Assembly: GCA_031366795.1 (NCBI GenBank)
Contig: JANLOX010000374.1
Location: forward strand, 1-56,053
Source: Candidatus Eiseniibacteriota bacterium
GTDB lineage: Bacteria > Eisenbacteria > RBG-16-71-46
Direction: 5' to 3'
Length of the DNA stretch: 56,053 bases
Below the pieces are notes generated by a model. It was not told the origin of the DNA. It ran no database searches and saw only the letters and a program-made list of their open reading frames with translations. The translations under genes and the position numbers were made by a program. Shown piece by piece: positions 1-9,629 of this stretch. Every line of letters begins with the position of its first letter. Within the stretch, counting starts at the first letter, position 1.

Positions 1-1
1 C

Positions 2-310
2 TCGTACCTGTCGATCGACCTGTTCGAGAAGAAGTGCGACCACCTGAGCCTCGACCGCTCGCTGCTGACCAGTGCCACCGTGCACCCGCTGCAGCTGGCG
101 GCCGCGATCCACAAGGACAAGATCGAGATCGCCGACGGCGAGCCGTTGCGGCTCGAGTTGACCGCGTTCTTGAATTCGCTGCGGGGAAGCGGTGAGGGCG
201 CCGCTTCCGCCCGTGCCGGCCGCGATGCGCTCGCGGTCGCGGAAGCAGTGCGCGCCGACATGAAGCAGCGAGCCCGCCAGTGGGCGACCCCGCAGAGCGC
301 CGCTTCCTGA
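2..310 (+). CDS. C-terminal fragment of Gfo/Idh/MocA-family oxidoreductase (GnnA-like), truncated at window start
   Basis: Frame 2 is open from the window edge (SYLSIDLFEKK...EPLRLELTAFL...GRDALAVA). YxSID and EPL..EL..F motifs, and it overlaps lpxB. Confidence 0.7.
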   Translation, partial: SYLSIDLFEKKCDHLSLDRSLLTSATVHPLQLAAAIHKDKIEIADGEPLRLELTAFLNSLRGSGEGAASARAGRDALAVAEAVRADMKQRARQWATPQSAAS

Positions 311-1464
311 TCGTTGCCGGGGAAGCCTCCGGCGATGTTCATGCGGCGCGATTGGTGCGGGAGCTTGCCGCAGGGGGGCCGGTCCAGGTCCGGGGCGCGG
401 GAGGCCCGAACCTGCGCGCGGCCGGCGTCCAGACCCTGGTCGACATGAGTGAGCTGAATGTCATCGGCTTCTCGGCGGTGGTGAAGCGCCTGCCCGTGAT
501 CCTGCGCGCGCTCAGGTCGCTACGCGCCGAAGCGGGGCGGTTCAAGCCGCACGCCGCGATCCTCGTGGACTCGCCCGGATTCAATTTCCGGCTCGGGCCC
601 GCGCTGCATCGCGCGGGGATTCCGGTGTTCTACTATATCGCCCCGCAGGTGTGGGCGTGGCACCGAGATCGGGCAAAACAGATGGCGGCGTGGGTCGACC
701 ATCTGGCGGTGGTGTTCCCGTTCGAGGAGCCGTTGTTCCGCGAGGCGGGCGTGTCCACGACGTTCGTGGGTCACCCGTTGTTGGAGGAACTCGCGCCCGA
801 GGTCAGCGAAGCCCAGATGCGCAGTGAATTGGACCTCAACCCCACGCAGCGGGTGCTGGGGCTGCTGCCCGGGAGCAGGCCGCAGGAGATCAGGGCGCTG
901 ATGCCGGTGCTGATGGATGCGACCGCACGCCTCTCGAGTTACCGGCCTGATCTCGCCGCGGTGCTGCCGCTGGCACCCGGCCTCGAACCCGCGGCCGTCG
1001 CCGCGGCCGCCGATGCGCGGCTCACGGTTTCAACTGAAGGCCGCATCGCCATCGAGCGTGGCGGCGTGACGGTGCGATTGGTGCGCGAGCGCACGCGCAG
1101 CGTGATGTCGGTGGCGCGGGCGTGCGCCGTGGCGTCGGGGACCGCGACGCTCGAGACGGCGCTGACCGGCACGCCGCTGGTGGTGGTCTACCGTGTCGGC
1201 GCCCTCAACTATTGGATCGCCCGCCGCGTGGTGCGGCTCGAGACCATCGGCCTGCCGAACATCGTTGCGGGCGAGGCGATCGTTCCGGAATGCGTCCAAC
1301 ATGAGTGCACGGCGGAGCGCATCGCGGCGACCCTTGCTCCCTGGCTGGACGACGAAACGGCGCGTGCGACCGCAGCGCAGCGGCTGCTGCGTGTGCGGGA
1401 GCGATTGGGCGAGCCGGGCGCTTCGAGGCGCGCGGCGGCGTTGTTGCGGGAGCTCGTCCGGTGA
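280..1464 (+). CDS. lpxB: Lipid-A-disaccharide synthase
   Basis: Motifs IVAGEASGD, VDSPGFN, YIAPQVWAW, FVGHPL, LLPGSR, SGTATLE, IGLPNI. Confidence 0.96.
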   Translation: MGDPAERRFLIVAGEASGDVHAARLVRELAAGGPVQVRGAGGPNLRAAGVQTLVDMSELNVIGFSAVVKRLPVILRALRSLRAEAGRFKPHAAILVDSPGFNFRLGPALHRAGIPVFYYIAPQVWAWHRDRAKQMAAWVDHLAVVFPFEEPLFREAGVSTTFVGHPLLEELAPEVSEAQMRSELDLNPTQRVLGLLPGSRPQEIRALMPVLMDATARLSSYRPDLAAVLPLAPGLEPAAVAAAADARLTVSTEGRIAIERGGVTVRLVRERTRSVMSVARACAVASGTATLETALTGTPLVVVYRVGALNYWIARRVVRLETIGLPNIVAGEAIVPECVQHECTAERIAATLAPWLDDETARATAAQRLLRVRERLGEPGASRRAAALLRELVR

Positions 1465-2129
1465 GCCGCGGCGGAACCCCGTGGTGGCTGCCTGCCCTCT
1501 CGCGACTGGCGGCGCTACTCCTGGTGGGGCTTTCGCGGACCTGGCGCATTCGCTGCACCGGCGACTACCTCGAGCGCGACGCGCGGATGAAGGCGGGTGA
1601 GCGCTGCATCTACGCGTTCTGGCATGCGCGGCTGCTGCCGCTCGTGATCACGCATCGCGGCCGCGGTGTCGGTGTGCTGATCAGCCGGCATCGTGATGGC
1701 GAGTGGATCGCGCAAGTGCTCGAAGCACTCGGATACACCACCGCGCGCGGCTCGAGCACACGCGGCGGTGAAGCCGCGACCTTAAGCATGCTCGGGTACG
1801 CCGCTGAGGGACGCAGCCTGGCGATCAGCCCTGATGGCCCGCGTGGCCCGGCGCGGCGCGTCAAGCCGGGGTTGTTGTACCTTGCGGGCCGCACTGGTTT
1901 GCCGGTGGTGCCGATCGTCTCGGCGGGGAACCCGGTGTGGATCTTGAGGTCGTGGGACCGCTTTCGCATCCCGAAGCCATTCGCGCGGGTGCAGATCGCG
2001 TATGGCGCGCCGCTCCAAGTTCCGGCGGAACTGGATGAGGCTGGCCAGCTGCATTGGTGCGGTGTCATCGAAGCGGCCATCGATGAGTTGACGCTCCGCG
2101 CGGGCGAAGCGGTCGGGGAGCCGGCGTAG
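1461..2129 (+). CDS. DUF374 / LpxJ-like lysophospholipid acyltransferase family protein
   Basis: GTG overlaps the lpxB stop. Motifs YAFWH, LISRHRDGE, RGSSTRGG, ISPDGPRGP, SWDRFRIPKPF. Confidence 0.88.
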   Translation: MSRGGTPWWLPALSRLAALLLVGLSRTWRIRCTGDYLERDARMKAGERCIYAFWHARLLPLVITHRGRGVGVLISRHRDGEWIAQVLEALGYTTARGSSTRGGEAATLSMLGYAAEGRSLAISPDGPRGPARRVKPGLLYLAGRTGLPVVPIVSAGNPVWILRSWDRFRIPKPFARVQIAYGAPLQVPAELDEAGQLHWCGVIEAAIDELTLRAGEAVGEPA

Positions 2130-2154
2130 TGGGACGAGGGAGCGGACGACGTCG

Positions 2155-3408
2155 ATGAATGCGGCATGGGCCATGTACCGGCTGTTTGCTCCGGGCTTGG
2201 GCGCGCTCGCGCCGTGGGCCCGTTTGCTGGCGTCTCCAAACGAGCGGCCGTTGTGGAACGAACGCATGGGGTTGGTCGATGTCGAGGGCGGGTGCCACGC
2301 GTGGGTGCACTCGGCCTCGCTGGGTGAGGCCGTCGCGGTGGGGCCGCTGGTGCGCGAACTGCTCGCCCTGCAGCCCACGGCGCGGATCTACCTCACCGCC
2401 ACGACACGCACGGGACGCACACGGCTGCGCTCGCTCGCGCGACCCGTGTCGCTGGCGCCCATCGACTCACCCCAGGCCGCGCGGCGGTTCTTCCATGGCG
2501 TTCAACCCGAGCGTTTATTCCTGGTGGAGACCGAACTCTGGCCACACTGGTTGATGCGCGCCCGCACGCAGCGCGTCCCGGTGGCGATCGTGAGCGCGCG
2601 CCTGTCGGAACGCTCGCTGCGCCGCTATGCGATGCTCGGCTCGGGATTGCGCTCACTGGTGCGCGGTCTCGATGCTGTGATTTGCCAGTCGGACGAGGAC
2701 CGCTCGCGCTGGTTGAGTCTTGGGTCCCGCCCTGAGCGAACGATGGTTGCGGGCAACCTCAAGCACGACGCCCTGCGGGTGGGTGCCGTGGACCGGCCCG
2801 CGGCGCGCATGCGGATGAAGCTCGAGGGCCAGCGGCCATTGCTCGTCCTGGGCAGCCTGCGGCCGGGAGAGTCGCGCACCATCGCGAACGCGTGGCGGGC
2901 GCTACCGGATGAATTGCGCCGCCAGTGGCAGGTCGTAGCGGTGCCGCGGCATGCGCACGCGGCGGGCGAGATCCGTGAAGAGGCGTACCGCGCAGGCATC
3001 GCCACGGCGGGCACCCATCCACCCGCGGGCGACCGCTGGGGCTGGGACGAGCGGGCAGGCGTGCTCAATGACTACTACGCCGCCGCCGATCTGGCGCTGG
3101 TGTGTGGCAGCTTTGGTCCGTACTCGGGGCACAACCCCATGGAGCCGGCTGCTTGCGGCTGCGCGGTGATCGTGGGACCGCGCTTTCGCTCGCAGGCGCA
3201 GAGCGTGCGGGCCCTGCAGGCGGTGGGCGCCATCGACGTGGTGCAGGATACCCGGTCCCTGACACGGGTGTTGAAACGTTTGATGAGCGATGCACTCGAG
3301 CGCGAGGCGCAGGGGGCGCGGGCGCTCGAGGCCGTGCGTTCCCTCAAAGGTGCAGCGCGCCGCGCGGTGGGCCAGCTCGCGGCGTGGTCCCTCTGGCCAG
3401 TAGGATGA
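2155..3408 (+). CDS. waaA: 3-deoxy-D-manno-octulosonic acid (Kdo) transferase
   Basis: Motifs WVHSASLGE, ETELWP, ARLSERS, GNLK, VPRH, GHNPMEPA. Confidence 0.93.
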   Translation: MNAAWAMYRLFAPGLGALAPWARLLASPNERPLWNERMGLVDVEGGCHAWVHSASLGEAVAVGPLVRELLALQPTARIYLTATTRTGRTRLRSLARPVSLAPIDSPQAARRFFHGVQPERLFLVETELWPHWLMRARTQRVPVAIVSARLSERSLRRYAMLGSGLRSLVRGLDAVICQSDEDRSRWLSLGSRPERTMVAGNLKHDALRVGAVDRPAARMRMKLEGQRPLLVLGSLRPGESRTIANAWRALPDELRRQWQVVAVPRHAHAAGEIREEAYRAGIATAGTHPPAGDRWGWDERAGVLNDYYAAADLALVCGSFGPYSGHNPMEPAACGCAVIVGPRFRSQAQSVRALQAVGAIDVVQDTRSLTRVLKRLMSDALEREAQGARALEAVRSLKGAARRAVGQLAAWSLWPVG

Positions 3409-4364
3409 GCAACATGTGGCTCAAGGCAGCAAGCCGGCTCTACGGTGCGGCATGGGAAGCACGGCGCAAGTCGTACGCTGCGGGGCGATCCAAACAGCAG
3501 AAGGTCGGCGCGCGCGTCGTGAGTGTCGGCAACCTTGCCGTGGGAGGCACCGGCAAGACGACGCTCACCCTGAGTCTCGCGCTGGCCGCACTTGCGGCAG
3601 GGCGCGATGCGGCGGTGGTATGCCGGCGTTACAAGCCGGGGCCCACGGGACGTGGCGACGAAGAGCTGATGCTGGCGGCCGCGTTGGGGGAGCGGCGCGT
3701 CTACGCCGGCACCAATAAGTTGAAGCTGGCGCAGGACGCCGCCGCTGCGGGGCACAGGCTCCTGTTCGTCGACGACGGCTTTTCGCACTGGAAGCTGGCG
3801 CGCGATCTCGACATCGTGTTGCTCGATGCACACGATCCGTGGGCCGGCGACGAATTGCTGCCGCTGGGCCGGCTTCGCGAACCCCGGCGCGCATTGCAGC
3901 GCGCGGCCATCGTCGTGGTGTCCCAGGCGATCGACCTGGCGCACGCCGACGCGGTGATCGAGGCCGCGAAGCCATTTGCGCCTGCGGCGACATGGGCCGC
4001 GGGACGGCATCGCATCACCGGAGTACACGACCTGATGGGGGCGGAAGTGACCGCGCGCGGACCGGCGCGGCTGGTGACCGCCACGGGCAACCCCGAATCC
4101 GTCGAACGCAGCGCGCGCGAGGCGGGCTTCGATCCCGTGCGCGTCTCCGCCTACCGCGACCATCATTGGTTTGACGCCGGTGAAGCGGAGCGTGAACTCG
4201 ACCGCGCCCGCGAGGAGCAGGCGGTGCTGCTGCTCACCGCGAAGGACGCCGTGCGTTGGCCCGTGCCCGAGGATTTTGTCGCGGTGCTCGAGATCGAGTG
4301 GGAGTGGTTGCGCGGCGGCGAAGGGGTCATGGCGCAGGCCCTGGTGGAGGGCGGCGCGCGTTGA
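3405..4364 (+). CDS. lpxK: Tetraacyldisaccharide 4'-kinase
   Basis: ATG overlaps the waaA stop. VSVGNLAVGGTGKT P-loop, GDE, DDGFSH, LLPLGRLRE, DHH, TAKDAVR. Confidence 0.93.
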   Translation: MSNMWLKAASRLYGAAWEARRKSYAAGRSKQQKVGARVVSVGNLAVGGTGKTTLTLSLALAALAAGRDAAVVCRRYKPGPTGRGDEELMLAAALGERRVYAGTNKLKLAQDAAAAGHRLLFVDDGFSHWKLARDLDIVLLDAHDPWAGDELLPLGRLREPRRALQRAAIVVVSQAIDLAHADAVIEAAKPFAPAATWAAGRHRITGVHDLMGAEVTARGPARLVTATGNPESVERSAREAGFDPVRVSAYRDHHWFDAGEAERELDRAREEQAVLLLTAKDAVRWPVPEDFVAVLEIEWEWLRGGEGVMAQALVEGGAR

Positions 4365-6034
4365 GTGACACTGATGTTCTCGTGCTCGGCAGCGGACTGG
4401 CCGGAATGGTCGCAGCACTGCATGCGGCCGAGTTCGCGCGCGTCACCGTGCTGGCGAAGGGGCCGGCCACCGAGACCAACACGAGTTACGCGCAGGGTGG
4501 AATCGCCGCGGTGTTCGACCGCCACGATTCCTTCGCGGCACACGAGCGGGACACCCTGGTATGCGGTGCGGGAATGTGCGATCCCAAGGTGGTGCGCACC
4601 ATTGTGCGCGAGGCCCCGGCCGCGGTCGAAGAGCTTGAGGCGCTCGGCGTGCCGTTCAGCCGCACCGCGCACGCCTATGCGCTCGGGCGGGAGGGCGGCC
4701 ACTCGGCGCGGCGCATTGTGCATGCCAGCGATTTCACCGGCCGCGCCATCCAGACTGCGCTGCTCGAACGCGTGCGCGCCCATCCGCGCATCCGGCTGAT
4801 CGAGGACGAGCTTGCCATCGACCTGCTGATGCACTCGCGCCTGCGCGGCGGCGGCACGGCGGGCACGGCGCGCGACCGTTGCTGGGGCGCCTATGTGATG
4901 CATGTCGCCAGCCGCCGCATCCGGCCGCTGACGGCCCGCGCCACTGTGCTCGCCACGGGTGGCTGCGGCAAAGTCTACCTCTACACCAGCAATCCCGACA
5001 CGGCCACGGGCGACGGGATCGCGATGGCCTATCGCGCGGGTGCGACGGTGACGCAGCTGGAGTTCGTACAGTTCCATCCGACCTGTCTCTACCATCCGCA
5101 GGCCAAATCCTTCCTGCTCAGCGAAGCGCTGCGCGGCGAGGGGGCGCGGCTCACCACGCTCGATGGCACACGCTTCATGCCGCGCGTGCATCCGCTGGCC
5201 GAGTTGGCGCCGCGCGATGTCGTCGCGCGGGCGATCGACCGCGAGCTGAAGCGGCGCGGTGAGCCTCACGTGTGGCTCGATATCAGTCACAAGCCCGCCG
5301 CATGGATCCGCAGGAGGTTCCCGAACATCGCGGAGGAGTTGGCGCGCTGGGGCTTCGACCTGACGCGCGAGCCGATTCCTGTGGTGCCGGCGGCGCACTA
5401 CATGTGCGGCGGCGTGCGCGCCACGGTAGCGGGGCGGACCTCGATCGAGGGCTTGCTGGCGCTCGGGGAAACCGCGTGTACTGGCCTCCACGGGGCGAAC
5501 CGCCTGGCCAGCAACTCGCTGCTCGAGGCGTTGGTGGGAGCGCGGCACTCCACGCGCGAGATCCGCAAGGTGCTCGAGCGCACGCGCAGCATCCCGCGCC
5601 CTGAAGGCTGGTCGGCGCGCGGTACGCACCCGCCACTCGAGAGCGTCGTGTTCGACCACAATTGGGATGCCGTGCGCCGCGTGATGTGGGATCTTGTCGG
5701 CATTGTGCGCACCGACCAGCGTCTGGCGGTGGCGAGCCGCCGGCTCGCGCTGCTGCGCGAGGAAATCGAACATGAGTATGTCACGCTGCGCCTGTCGCCC
5801 GACTTGATCGAGCTGCGCAATATCGCCTTGGTGGGCAGCCTGATCGTCGAGTGCGCGCGGCGGCGGCCCGAGAGCCGCGGCCTGCACTACAACATCGATC
5901 ATCCCCGTCGTGTCGCCACCTGGGCGCGCCGCTCCGCGGTCCTGCGCCGCCGGGCAGAGCCCCCGCGGGCGTCACGCCGGCGCAGGCCCGCGGTGCAACG
6001 CCTCGTTTCGGCGGCCTCGCGCCAACCGCTATAG
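4361..6034 (+). CDS. nadB: L-aspartate oxidase
   Basis: TTG overlaps the lpxK stop. GSGLAG FAD motif, YAQGGIA, REGGHSARRIVH, QFHPT, SEALRGEG, AHYMCGG, GLHGANRLASNSLLE, ESRGLH. Confidence 0.95.
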   Translation: MSDTDVLVLGSGLAGMVAALHAAEFARVTVLAKGPATETNTSYAQGGIAAVFDRHDSFAAHERDTLVCGAGMCDPKVVRTIVREAPAAVEELEALGVPFSRTAHAYALGREGGHSARRIVHASDFTGRAIQTALLERVRAHPRIRLIEDELAIDLLMHSRLRGGGTAGTARDRCWGAYVMHVASRRIRPLTARATVLATGGCGKVYLYTSNPDTATGDGIAMAYRAGATVTQLEFVQFHPTCLYHPQAKSFLLSEALRGEGARLTTLDGTRFMPRVHPLAELAPRDVVARAIDRELKRRGEPHVWLDISHKPAAWIRRRFPNIAEELARWGFDLTREPIPVVPAAHYMCGGVRATVAGRTSIEGLLALGETACTGLHGANRLASNSLLEALVGARHSTREIRKVLERTRSIPRPEGWSARGTHPPLESVVFDHNWDAVRRVMWDLVGIVRTDQRLAVASRRLALLREEIEHEYVTLRLSPDLIELRNIALVGSLIVECARRRPESRGLHYNIDHPRRVATWARRSAVLRRRAEPPRASRRRRPAVQRLVSAASRQPL

Positions 6035-6044
6035 TCCGTTGCCC

Positions 6045-6461
6045 ATGGACCACACCGCTGAAACCCTGCTGGATGCGATCGAGCGCGTGCGCGAGACCGA
6101 TGGCCGCTACTCCCGCGAAGCGTACCTGTTCTTGGTGGCGGCACTCGGGCATGCGGTGGACCAACTCCCGCAAGCGCGCCGCGCCGACCCGGTCCGTCGC
6201 CATCTCGTAGGGCGCGAAGTCATCGCCGCCATGCTCGAGCTGGCAGGGATGGAATTCGGCCCACTGGCCGCCACGGTGTTCACGGAGTGGGGCGTGACGC
6301 GCGGCCGCGACGTGGGGGAGATCGTGTTCCAACTTGTCACTGCGGGGCAACTGTCCACGCAACCCGAGGATTGCATCGAGGACTTCGATCTCCCCGGCGA
6401 TCTGCTCACAGGCTTAAGCGCATCCCGTGAATCGCGCAGGCACCTGCGCGGACCGGCCTAG
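6045..6461 (+). CDS. Conserved hypothetical protein (Minf_1886-like family)
   Basis: Patterns RYSREAYLF, RHLVGRE, EFGPLAATVFTEWGV, DVGEIVFQLV, EDCIEDF. Confidence 0.75.
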   Translation: MDHTAETLLDAIERVRETDGRYSREAYLFLVAALGHAVDQLPQARRADPVRRHLVGREVIAAMLELAGMEFGPLAATVFTEWGVTRGRDVGEIVFQLVTAGQLSTQPEDCIEDFDLPGDLLTGLSASRESRRHLRGPA

Positions 6462-6466
6462 GCCCT

Positions 6467-8398
6467 GTGCGCGCCTATCTGAGGTTGCTGCGTTACCTGA
6501 CGCCGTATCGCGGCCAACTGTTCGCGGCGATTGCCTGCATGGTGCTGTACGCGGCCATGAGCGGGGCGTCGTTGGGCGTGGTGGGGCCGTTCATGCGGGT
6601 GTTATTCGAGCCGAGCCGCGCGACTCAGTCCGCGCCGCCCGCGTCACCGGCGTCGCCCGTGTCGTCCGCGTCAGCTGCGCTCGGTGCGCCGCCGTCGCAG
6701 CCCGCCGCGGTGTCCCGTGTGAGAGTCGCCACCGCGCCCGCGCCCGTGGCAGCGGATGATCGCATGGCGGGCTGGCCGAAATGGTTGCGCGCCATCGCCG
6801 CGCGATGGTTGTTGGAGGCCGAGCCGCGCGTGGCGCTGGGGCGGCTGTGCGTGTTCCTGCTCGTCGTACTGCTGCTGAAGAACCTCTCCGACTATGTGCA
6901 GTCGTACCTGATGGTGGCGGTGGAGCAGGCCGCGATTCGCGATCTACGTGGCGAATTGTTCGCGCACCTCCACGCCCTGCCGTTGTCGTTCTTCAATTCG
7001 AGCCGCACCGGCATGCTGGTGTCGCGGATCACCAACGACATGGAATACCTGCGCGCTTCGCTCGCCGCCGGCATCAGCAACCTGATCAAGGACTCGCTGA
7101 CCTTGATCGTGTGCTTGTCATGGGTGTTCATCGCCGCGTGGAACTTGGCGCTGGTGTCCATGCTCGTGCTGCCCCCCGTGGCGCTCGCGCTGGTCGCGAT
7201 CGGCCGTAAGATGCGCAAGCGCTCGAGTACCGCGCAGGGCCGCATGGCTGACGTGACGAGCATCCTGCAGGAGACGATCGTGGGCGCGCGCATCGTCAAG
7301 GCGTTCGGCATGGAGGCGCATGAGTCTCGCCGCTTCGGTGTCGCGAATGATGGGTTCTTCCGGGCGTTTGTCCGGTTGCGCCGGGTATCGGCCGCGGCGC
7401 GCCCGGTCAGCGAATATGCGGTGGTGCTCGTGGCGGTCGCGATGCTGTGGTACGGCGGGCAGGAGATCTTTGTGCGCCACAGCCTGGCGCCGCAGCAATT
7501 CTTCGTGTTCGTTACCGCCCTGCTGAGCACGATCTCACCGCTCAAGAGCCTGTCGGAGGTCAACACGAACGTGCAGCAGGGCATCGCCGCCGCGGAGCGC
7601 GTGTTCGACCTGCTCGACACCCCGCCGACGATCATGGACGCACCCCATGCGCACGTGGTCACGGGGCTGAACGACGGCGTGCGTTACGAAGCGATCGGTT
7701 TCGCCTACCCCGGTGGCGAGCCCGTCTTGCGCGAAGTGTCGTTCGAGATCAAGCGCGGGCAGGTGGTGGCGCTGGTGGGCTCGAGCGGCGCGGGCAAATC
7801 GACGGCGATGGACCTGTTGGCGCGCTTCCACGACCCGACGGCCGGCCGCATCACCTGGGATGGCCAGGACCTGCGCGGCCTCACGGGCGCTTCGCTGCGC
7901 GGGCAGATGGGCATGGTGACGCAGGAGACGATCCTGTTTCACGACACCGTGCGCAGCAACATCGCCTACGGGCGCCCCGGCGCCAGCGAAGCAGAGATTC
8001 GCGACGCCGCGCGCGCTGCCTTTGCCCACGATTGGATCGAGCGCCTGCCGCTGGGCTACGACACCATCGTCGGTGAGCGCGGCACACGGCTGTCGGGCGT
8101 CGAGCGGCAACGGCTGTCGATCGCCCGCGCGCTGCTGCGCAACCCGCCACTGCTGCTGCTCGACGAGGCGACGTCCGCCCTCGATACCGAGAGCGAACGC
8201 ATGGTGCAGGCGGCACTCGAACTATTGATGAAGAACCGCACGGTGCTCGTCATCGCCCACCGGCTTTCGACGGTGCAGCATGCCGACGCCATCGTGGTGC
8301 TGGAACACGGCCGTGTCGCCGCGGTGGGCTCGCACGCCGAACTGCTCGAGCGCGACGGGCTGTACCGCCGGCTTCACGAACTGCAGTTCGCGGTGTGA
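6467..8398 (+). CDS. msbA: MsbA-like ABC exporter (TMD-NBD fusion), lipid A flippase candidate
   Basis: Six-TM domain, Walker A GSSGAGKST, Walker B LLLLDEATSALD, H-loop IAHRLST, LPS gene context. Signature motif is atypical (LSGVE). Confidence 0.85.
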   Translation: MRAYLRLLRYLTPYRGQLFAAIACMVLYAAMSGASLGVVGPFMRVLFEPSRATQSAPPASPASPVSSASAALGAPPSQPAAVSRVRVATAPAPVAADDRMAGWPKWLRAIAARWLLEAEPRVALGRLCVFLLVVLLLKNLSDYVQSYLMVAVEQAAIRDLRGELFAHLHALPLSFFNSSRTGMLVSRITNDMEYLRASLAAGISNLIKDSLTLIVCLSWVFIAAWNLALVSMLVLPPVALALVAIGRKMRKRSSTAQGRMADVTSILQETIVGARIVKAFGMEAHESRRFGVANDGFFRAFVRLRRVSAAARPVSEYAVVLVAVAMLWYGGQEIFVRHSLAPQQFFVFVTALLSTISPLKSLSEVNTNVQQGIAAAERVFDLLDTPPTIMDAPHAHVVTGLNDGVRYEAIGFAYPGGEPVLREVSFEIKRGQVVALVGSSGAGKSTAMDLLARFHDPTAGRITWDGQDLRGLTGASLRGQMGMVTQETILFHDTVRSNIAYGRPGASEAEIRDAARAAFAHDWIERLPLGYDTIVGERGTRLSGVERQRLSIARALLRNPPLLLLDEATSALDTESERMVQAALELLMKNRTVLVIAHRLSTVQHADAIVVLEHGRVAAVGSHAELLERDGLYRRLHELQFAV

Positions 8399-9447
8399 GC
8401 CGGCGTCGCGTCGCGATCCCTGTGGGCGGCTTCCGCCGCATCGCGGTGATCCGGTTGTCGTCGCTGGGCGATGTGGTTCTCACGCTGCCCGTGGTGCGCG
8501 CCCTGCGCGCGGCGTGGCCGGACGCCACCATCGATTACTGGGTCAAGGAAGAGTACCGTGACGTGGTGACGGCCGATCCCTCCATCAACCACGTGCGCGT
8601 CCTCGAGCGCGATGCGCGGCGCATCGAGGACCTCGTGTCCATGAGCGAGGAGTTGACGCCGTGCGACCTGATCGTCGACCTGCACGTGAATATGCGGACG
8701 CGCGTGCTGGTGTTCCGGCACAAGGCCCCGGTGTTGCGAGCGCCCTCATACCGCCTGCTACGTGAACGATGGGTGCGCGCTCGTTGGACCCGGCCGAGCC
8801 CTACGCCCGGCGCGATCTCGCGCTACGCTCAGGCGCTGGCGCCCATCGGCGTTGAGGTGACCACTGTCCCCGTTGTGGTGACGAGCCCGGAGGCCGATGT
8901 GTGGGCGAAGGACTGGCTGGCCACGATGTGGGCTCCTGCGGAAACGGGGAGCGGCGCGCTGGTGGCACTCGCCCCGGGCGCGCGCCACGCCACGAAGCAG
9001 TGGCCCGAGGAGCACTGGATCGAACTGCAGCGGCGTCTCCGTGCCGCCGGCCACCGCGTCGTCGTGCTCACCACTGCGGCAGAGCGCAAATCCCTTCCAC
9101 AATTGTCGAATCACATGGCGAACGATCGTGGCAGCGCCTGGGTGTGCGAATCGATCGGCCGCGCGGCGGCGCTGCTCGCCCATTGCCAGAGCGCCGTGAC
9201 CTGTGACAGCGGACTGATGCATCTGGCTGCCGCGCGCGGGCTCAAAGTCGTGGCATTGTTCGGTAGCACCTCGCCCGAGTTGGGATTCGCGCCGGCGGGT
9301 GAGGGGCACACGGTGATGTGCCGCCATGAACCCTGCCAGCCCTGCACGCTGCATGGGCTGGAGCGTTGCCCGAAGGGCCACTTCCGCTGCATGCGGCTGT
9401 TGTTGCCTGAGCAGGTGGAGTCCGCGGTGCGCGCGCAACTCGCCTGA
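8395..9447 (+). CDS. Glycosyltransferase family 9 (LPS heptosyltransferase-like)
   Basis: Motifs IRLSSLGDVVL, APGARHATKQWP, CDSGLMHLAAA, LFGST, Cys-rich C-terminus. Confidence 0.9.
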   Translation: MSRRRVAIPVGGFRRIAVIRLSSLGDVVLTLPVVRALRAAWPDATIDYWVKEEYRDVVTADPSINHVRVLERDARRIEDLVSMSEELTPCDLIVDLHVNMRTRVLVFRHKAPVLRAPSYRLLRERWVRARWTRPSPTPGAISRYAQALAPIGVEVTTVPVVVTSPEADVWAKDWLATMWAPAETGSGALVALAPGARHATKQWPEEHWIELQRRLRAAGHRVVVLTTAAERKSLPQLSNHMANDRGSAWVCESIGRAAALLAHCQSAVTCDSGLMHLAAARGLKVVALFGSTSPELGFAPAGEGHTVMCRHEPCQPCTLHGLERCPKGHFRCMRLLLPEQVESAVRAQLA

Positions 9448-9514
9448 ACCCGCGCGGTTGCTGCCGGGACCTCTGGCAATGGGAGTTGCTGCGGCTGATT
9501 GCCGCGGGGACCGC

Positions 9515-9544
9515 TTGTGGGGGTTCGCGGGGCACGCCTATACT
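9515..9544 (+). promoter_or_regulatory. Putative sigma70-type promoter for proS
   Basis: TTGTGG-N18-TATACT in the intergenic gap. Confidence 0.5.
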
Positions 9545-9629
9545 GCGCGGTTCATACGGCGATGTTGCTCCCGTGGCGCTCCCGTAGCGCCCCAGCACTC
9601 ATAAGCATTCGCAAGCCTTAGGAGCCGAC

